This document shows positions 59,476 to 64,000 of a DNA stretch of 64,000 nt, piece after piece. The notes beneath the pieces were generated by a model. It was not told the DNA's origin. It did not search any database and saw only the letters and a list, made by a program, of their open reading frames with translations. The stretch is from Rhodosorus marinus CCMP1338 (taxonomy: Eukaryota > Plantae > Rhodophyta), in assembly GCA_029953675.1 (NCBI GenBank), contig JAMWBK010000006.1, positions 124,001-188,000 of the forward strand. Direction: 5' to 3'. The translations under genes were made by a program, and so were the position numbers. Position 1 is the stretch's first letter. Each line of letters opens with the position of its first letter.

Positions 59476-62400
59476 CTTGAAGCTATTTCAAAAAATCTCA
59501 AGAGGGTGCAACAACAAAGCCGAATACCTCCAAACGTTCCTTGTTTCCTTACTAAAAACTTTTACGAATCCCCAACAAATGGAATTTGCTTACCCTTTCG
59601 CCAACCCACCAACCCGTTCATAACCGCCCATCCTCCTCACCATCCCCCTCCAGCTTTCGCCCAAAACCCAGTCCCGTTGAAAAGTTTTCAATAATATATA
59701 CAAGACAAGCTGTCAAACATATCCAATAAAAATTACACGCGTGTTATTAACAGTCTGTCCTTGGAATTTTTTCACCGAGGAGGGTCTAGTGGAAAAGGAT
59801 CCGCCGTCGGTAGGGTAGAGTTTCGGTTCGGATTGAGCCGAGACGTTGGTGAGTATAACCGCTCTTGTATTTGTGTTAATGTGACTACAAAGCTGCTGGT
59901 GAGGATGATAGTATGCTTTACCTCCCCGCGTCTGCTTTGAATTGTCGTCGTACTCAATTGATGTGAACGAGACGAAGCGTTTTTTTTGGAACTCCACTCG
60001 TTGGTCGCTCGACATGTGGGTCAGACGAATCCTCTATACCTAATTCTTTACGACCTAGGACGCAGAGAAGTTTCCTTCCGGCAAACCCCACACGGGATGT
60101 CCTGGGCCGCCGAAGAGTTGTGCTGGGCTCACCGTACAAGGCATACCCTTTGAGAACGCTCACTGTGTTCATTTCGGGAGTGCTTTTCATAGCATATTAA
60201 TTTACCTCTGCTCACAGGTGTCCGATATCAGCAACAGCATTAGATTCTTAGGCCACTGGCCTACCGTCAAGGACTTCGTCTGGAAGGCTAACCAAGTGCT
60301 TACAGTGTACGCTTGTCCAGGCGAACCAGAGGGCTGCTCGTTCTTCTATACGAGTTCCCGCTCTTAGTCATGGAGCAGTTCAGACGGCCTACAGAAACCC
60401 AGCACAACAAACGTAAAGGTCTCGAGGAGTCGCTTTGCCACATGTTTGCGTTGCACAACGACAAGATGAACAGGGTATAGGTGAACTCCTTGGCGAGGCG
60501 CAGAGAGGATGCGACGGTCGCGGACAACACGAGCGCGGCTCGGAGCGCTTCACTGAAAAGCTGTGCGTGTCGGGTTTGACATGGGAATACTTGCTTGGCA
60601 AGGTTCCAAAGCACCCCTTTTCTTAGAACTGCGAAATCTGGGCATGGCGTGGTCAGAATGGCGGTTTTCCACCACGAACAGGACACCTTATGACAGTTGG
60701 AACAGCCAGGGACGGCTGCAATGGACTAGACCTAAGGAACGGACATAGATCAGAGAGCAAGTACAGAAGGACTCCCACGCATGGCTATTCATAGATTCAA
60801 GCACAGAAGCCATGACGGAGATCAGCGAGTCGGGCGACGAACAACCTTCTGATAACCATTCTAGAAGCTGAGGCGAGAGAGCGCAAGAGAGGCTTCGAAA
60901 CAACCCAGGATGAAGCGGACAGCAAACCCTCACGGTGAGGCCGTTTATGAGGGAGACGGGAAAAATCCGACGACTGGCAGTTTGACGAAAACTCAGCGCG
61001 TAGTGCTAACGGACGATCGGTTGTTCGACGTTTATCTCGATGAACCTTAACGAGAAGGTGCTTATCTTAGCGTACCTAGCCAATGGAGGATTACTAGAGG
61101 GTAGGAGATACAACATGCAGGAAGTTCTCCGAGGGACCGCGGATCACTTCTTCCTTGCGAAGAACCACTCTTATTCGAGAATGAGAATATCCCAAAATCT
61201 GCACCTTGTACAGTAGTTCAGATACTGTAGACATATATCCGATAAAAATTCAGTTCTTCAGATAAACCAAAAAAACCGCTGTTGAATTCATTTGAATTAA
61301 CCAATAATGTATAGTAAATATTACGGACCACGGAGAATCAACGAAATTCCACTGTTTAGTCCAGCGAAGATGAATACCTATGTTTCTGAAGAATATGAAC
61401 TCATGCCTGATGCTCACGTCAATCCTGAGGGGTGGCTCGGGTTTGAAGAAAAGGACACCCAACGCGCTGGGGGGTTAGCCTGTGATCGAGGATCATAAAA
61501 AGCCTCTTTTAAAATCATAATTCAATATACCGAACAACCACATAACTCCAAAGGGCTGGATTTCTTTTCGCAATATTTTGGCGGGAGTTTTCTGAATAGA
61601 GGGGTAGCCTTCTTCCTATTCAAGAATAACGATCAAAAGGACCTGACATCCCCAAACCGTTCACTTTCGTATATGATATTTGTTCTAATAGTCGAAAGCC
61701 GGAACGAGCCCTAGGTGGGACGTTTACCTACGATTTTCATCCCATATTTGGAAAGTTCTAATTCCTTCCCAACAGCTTGCTCAGCCCGGTCAAAATATCA
61801 CCCGCTATTCTTCAGAAAAAGCTATACTCAGCAGCAGCCCTTATCGCCATTTAAGAGTCGGCTGGAGAGAGAATTCAAAATCGGCTTTTTTAGTCTAGCT
61901 CGTTCACAGCGAGTTTCAAAATAACCCCACTTGGAAGCTCCCCCGTCGTGCAAGAAGATAAGGAACACTAGTCCCACCCGAAAGGGTAAACCTGGGGTAA
62001 AAATATTAGCAATATAATTTAAGTACTGGTATTGTTGAGTATCTACTAACCCCTTCCCGGTAGTGGTACTAAAATCGTTAATTAATGGAGTCCCGGCTAG
62101 GGGTGAAATCTACGGGACGTGGACATGGACTTTTTTTGGGTTCTGCGGTAAACAGCACCTGGGCAAAAAGCTAAGTGCGTTTGTATGATCCCCTGGAGGA
62201 CAAGTAAACAATCGACGGACTCCTTATTTTTAAAATAAGAATTGGGTGATTCTGGTGTTGATCTTTTGCTGAGGAGGGGTGAGTGAGCAGAGATCTTATG
62301 ATGACGAAAAAAATCGCGGGTGCGGGTGGGGTTGGCAATGCGCATGTCCATGCGTTTGATTGGATGGAAAGGTCGTAGAATCAGAGGGCTTGAGCGCGAA

Positions 62401-62659
62401 GCTGCGTTTTTGTTAGTATTTTGGAAAGGGGTAATTGAAGCGCAGGATTGTAGTGAGGGAATATTAGACTCAAAGCATCGCTCTTCCAGCTGGCGGAGAG
62501 GCTCGTAGGCAGGCCGTGGTCTGGGTCATAGGCTTTCGAGTTGACTACGATGGAATGGGGGAGTTGATAGCAGACCGGAAGAGGGATCCATCGTTTGGTT
62601 TTTGAGCGAATTTACGTTTGTGCCGGTGTTCCGGGGGGGTTGAACGCTCGTTGTCAATA

Positions 62660-63838
62660 ATGACTGTATATAAGGAGCGGAAGTGGGGCTCCTGGAGGGC
62701 ATTGGACGGAGTTTGGTTTAGGGTATGCATCCTTGGGTTATTGATGATGCTTTACGTCTGGAAGCCGCACAAGATAATAGGTGGAATCGTCTTTAGAGTG
62801 GCGACCGGACCAGAGCTGACTTTGACGAAGGAAGGGAGGGAGCAGATACTGAACAGCAACATCTATCCCCCAAATTTTCCAGATGAAGAGAGAAGGTCCC
62901 CTAGAATAGAGACGATGGACGGGGTGACTTGTCGGATCCCCAAAATATTGCACCAAACCTACAAAACCAAAGACGCTGATAAGTGGCCCGTGAGGGAGTG
63001 GGTCCGGTATAGAGACTCATGGCGGAACAACCACCCGGCTTCCGAAGGATGGAGCATGAAGCTCTGGACGGATGAGGACAACTTGGAACTCGTAACTAAG
63101 TACTACCCTGAGTACCTGGACCTTTACAAAGCGATTAAGCTAGGAGTCTCACGGGCAGATTTTGCTAGAATGCTGTACATGCACCTCCATGGTGGAATTT
63201 ACGCGGATATGGACGTGGCCTCTGCGGAGCCGCTGGAAGTGTTCTTTAATGAAAGTTACGAGGCATGCGTGGATGCAGGAGTAATCATGGGCCACATGGG
63301 GGAAGAGGATGGGTCTGATTCGATTCCCAATGCTTTCATTATGAGCGAACCGGGCCATCCGCTATGGAGGTACTGTATCGAAAGTGCTCCTACGTCTGCG
63401 ATCACGGTGGAGGCGAGGTACGGGCCAACGCATATTAAACGATGTGTCAAGGCTTTCACCGACAACCCTGTCAACGAAGGGACAAGGATTAGTGGCGGCC
63501 TCCTCAACGAAGGGTCGGAGAAGGGTGGGGCCGTGTTCTTAGCATCAACGGTCTACTTCTACCCTTATAGCTGGGCGAATTTGGGCATGCTGCCATTCTG
63601 TGATGACTATCGGTTTGCCCTCGGAAAGGAGGACTATGTTGACGACGACCTCAGGGGCAAGTGCGAGAGCGAGTTGAAGGAGTTTGCCGACCACTCAGTT
63701 GTCTCCGCCGCTCGCACTGCTCCGATTACGTATACAATGTGGTGTCACTCTTGGGGACAGTTTTTCGAGAGAAACAAGGTGACCTACAAGATTGCTAAGT
63801 TGTTACGGGCCATTCACCCTCGCCTTGCACACTTCTAG
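62660..63838 (+). CDS. GT32 (DxD) glycosyltransferase, SUR1/Och1-like, type II membrane protein, 392 aa, intronless
   Basis: Motifs IPKILHQTYK, LWTDED and RADFARMLYMHLHGGIYADMD. N-terminal transmembrane segment VWFRVCILGLLMMLYVW. Confidence 0.93.
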   Translation: MTVYKERKWGSWRALDGVWFRVCILGLLMMLYVWKPHKIIGGIVFRVATGPELTLTKEGREQILNSNIYPPNFPDEERRSPRIETMDGVTCRIPKILHQTYKTKDADKWPVREWVRYRDSWRNNHPASEGWSMKLWTDEDNLELVTKYYPEYLDLYKAIKLGVSRADFARMLYMHLHGGIYADMDVASAEPLEVFFNESYEACVDAGVIMGHMGEEDGSDSIPNAFIMSEPGHPLWRYCIESAPTSAITVEARYGPTHIKRCVKAFTDNPVNEGTRISGGLLNEGSEKGGAVFLASTVYFYPYSWANLGMLPFCDDYRFALGKEDYVDDDLRGKCESELKEFADHSVVSAARTAPITYTMWCHSWGQFFERNKVTYKIAKLLRAIHPRLAHF

Positions 63839-64000
63839 CCCTTGATGGAAGGCAGTTCGTTGTTGCCCACAGAACTACTTCCCGAAGTCTTTTTGCGATA
63901 AGCCGGGAAGCAATAGAAGCTACTCCAGCGAGGACTGAGCTGAATACCACTCAGTACGGGTTACTGACTATACGAACGCCAGCAATTACGCTTGCTACTG

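Noticed and set aside
59954-60933. Several 60-130 aa ORFs on both strands
   Set aside because: Some look coding-like, but strand and exon structure could not be decided and no family was recognised.

Overview
This is eukaryotic nuclear DNA, not prokaryotic. It is gene-dense (about one gene per 3 kb) with short GT-AG introns (about 70-210 nt) and AT-rich spacers. N-terminal peptides of the M-x(1-5)-F type (MIGFA..., MDGMTCFVSG...) suggest plastid targeting in a red alga (inference). About 20 protein genes are recognisable, most with splice models whose exon lengths sum to whole codons. They are a dual-specificity phosphatase, two PPR proteins, an oxidoreductase-like Cys-motif protein, ABTB1, a bZIP, a membrane-anchored OTU protease, a TKL kinase, BZW/5MP, nucleus-encoded mitochondrial Rps2, a type I membrane protein, MIS12, a ZOP1/WBP4-like protein, golgin-84, a kynurenine/glutamine aminotransferase, an ABHD4/5-like hydrolase, a DUF3110-like plastid protein, a CCHC-knuckle protein, SmG and a GT32 glycosyltransferase. 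I found no rRNA, tRNA or CRISPR array. The most unusual non-genic features are a ~145-nt G:U-rich fold-back at 46180-46326 that resembles a pre-miRNA, a 106-bp element with 31-bp inverted repeats at 21311-21416, a probable decayed Mutator-like transposase at about 53.0-53.9 kb, and a decayed 174-bp tandem repeat at about 51.5-52.1 kb. All family assignments come from motif recognition by eye; no database searches were run.
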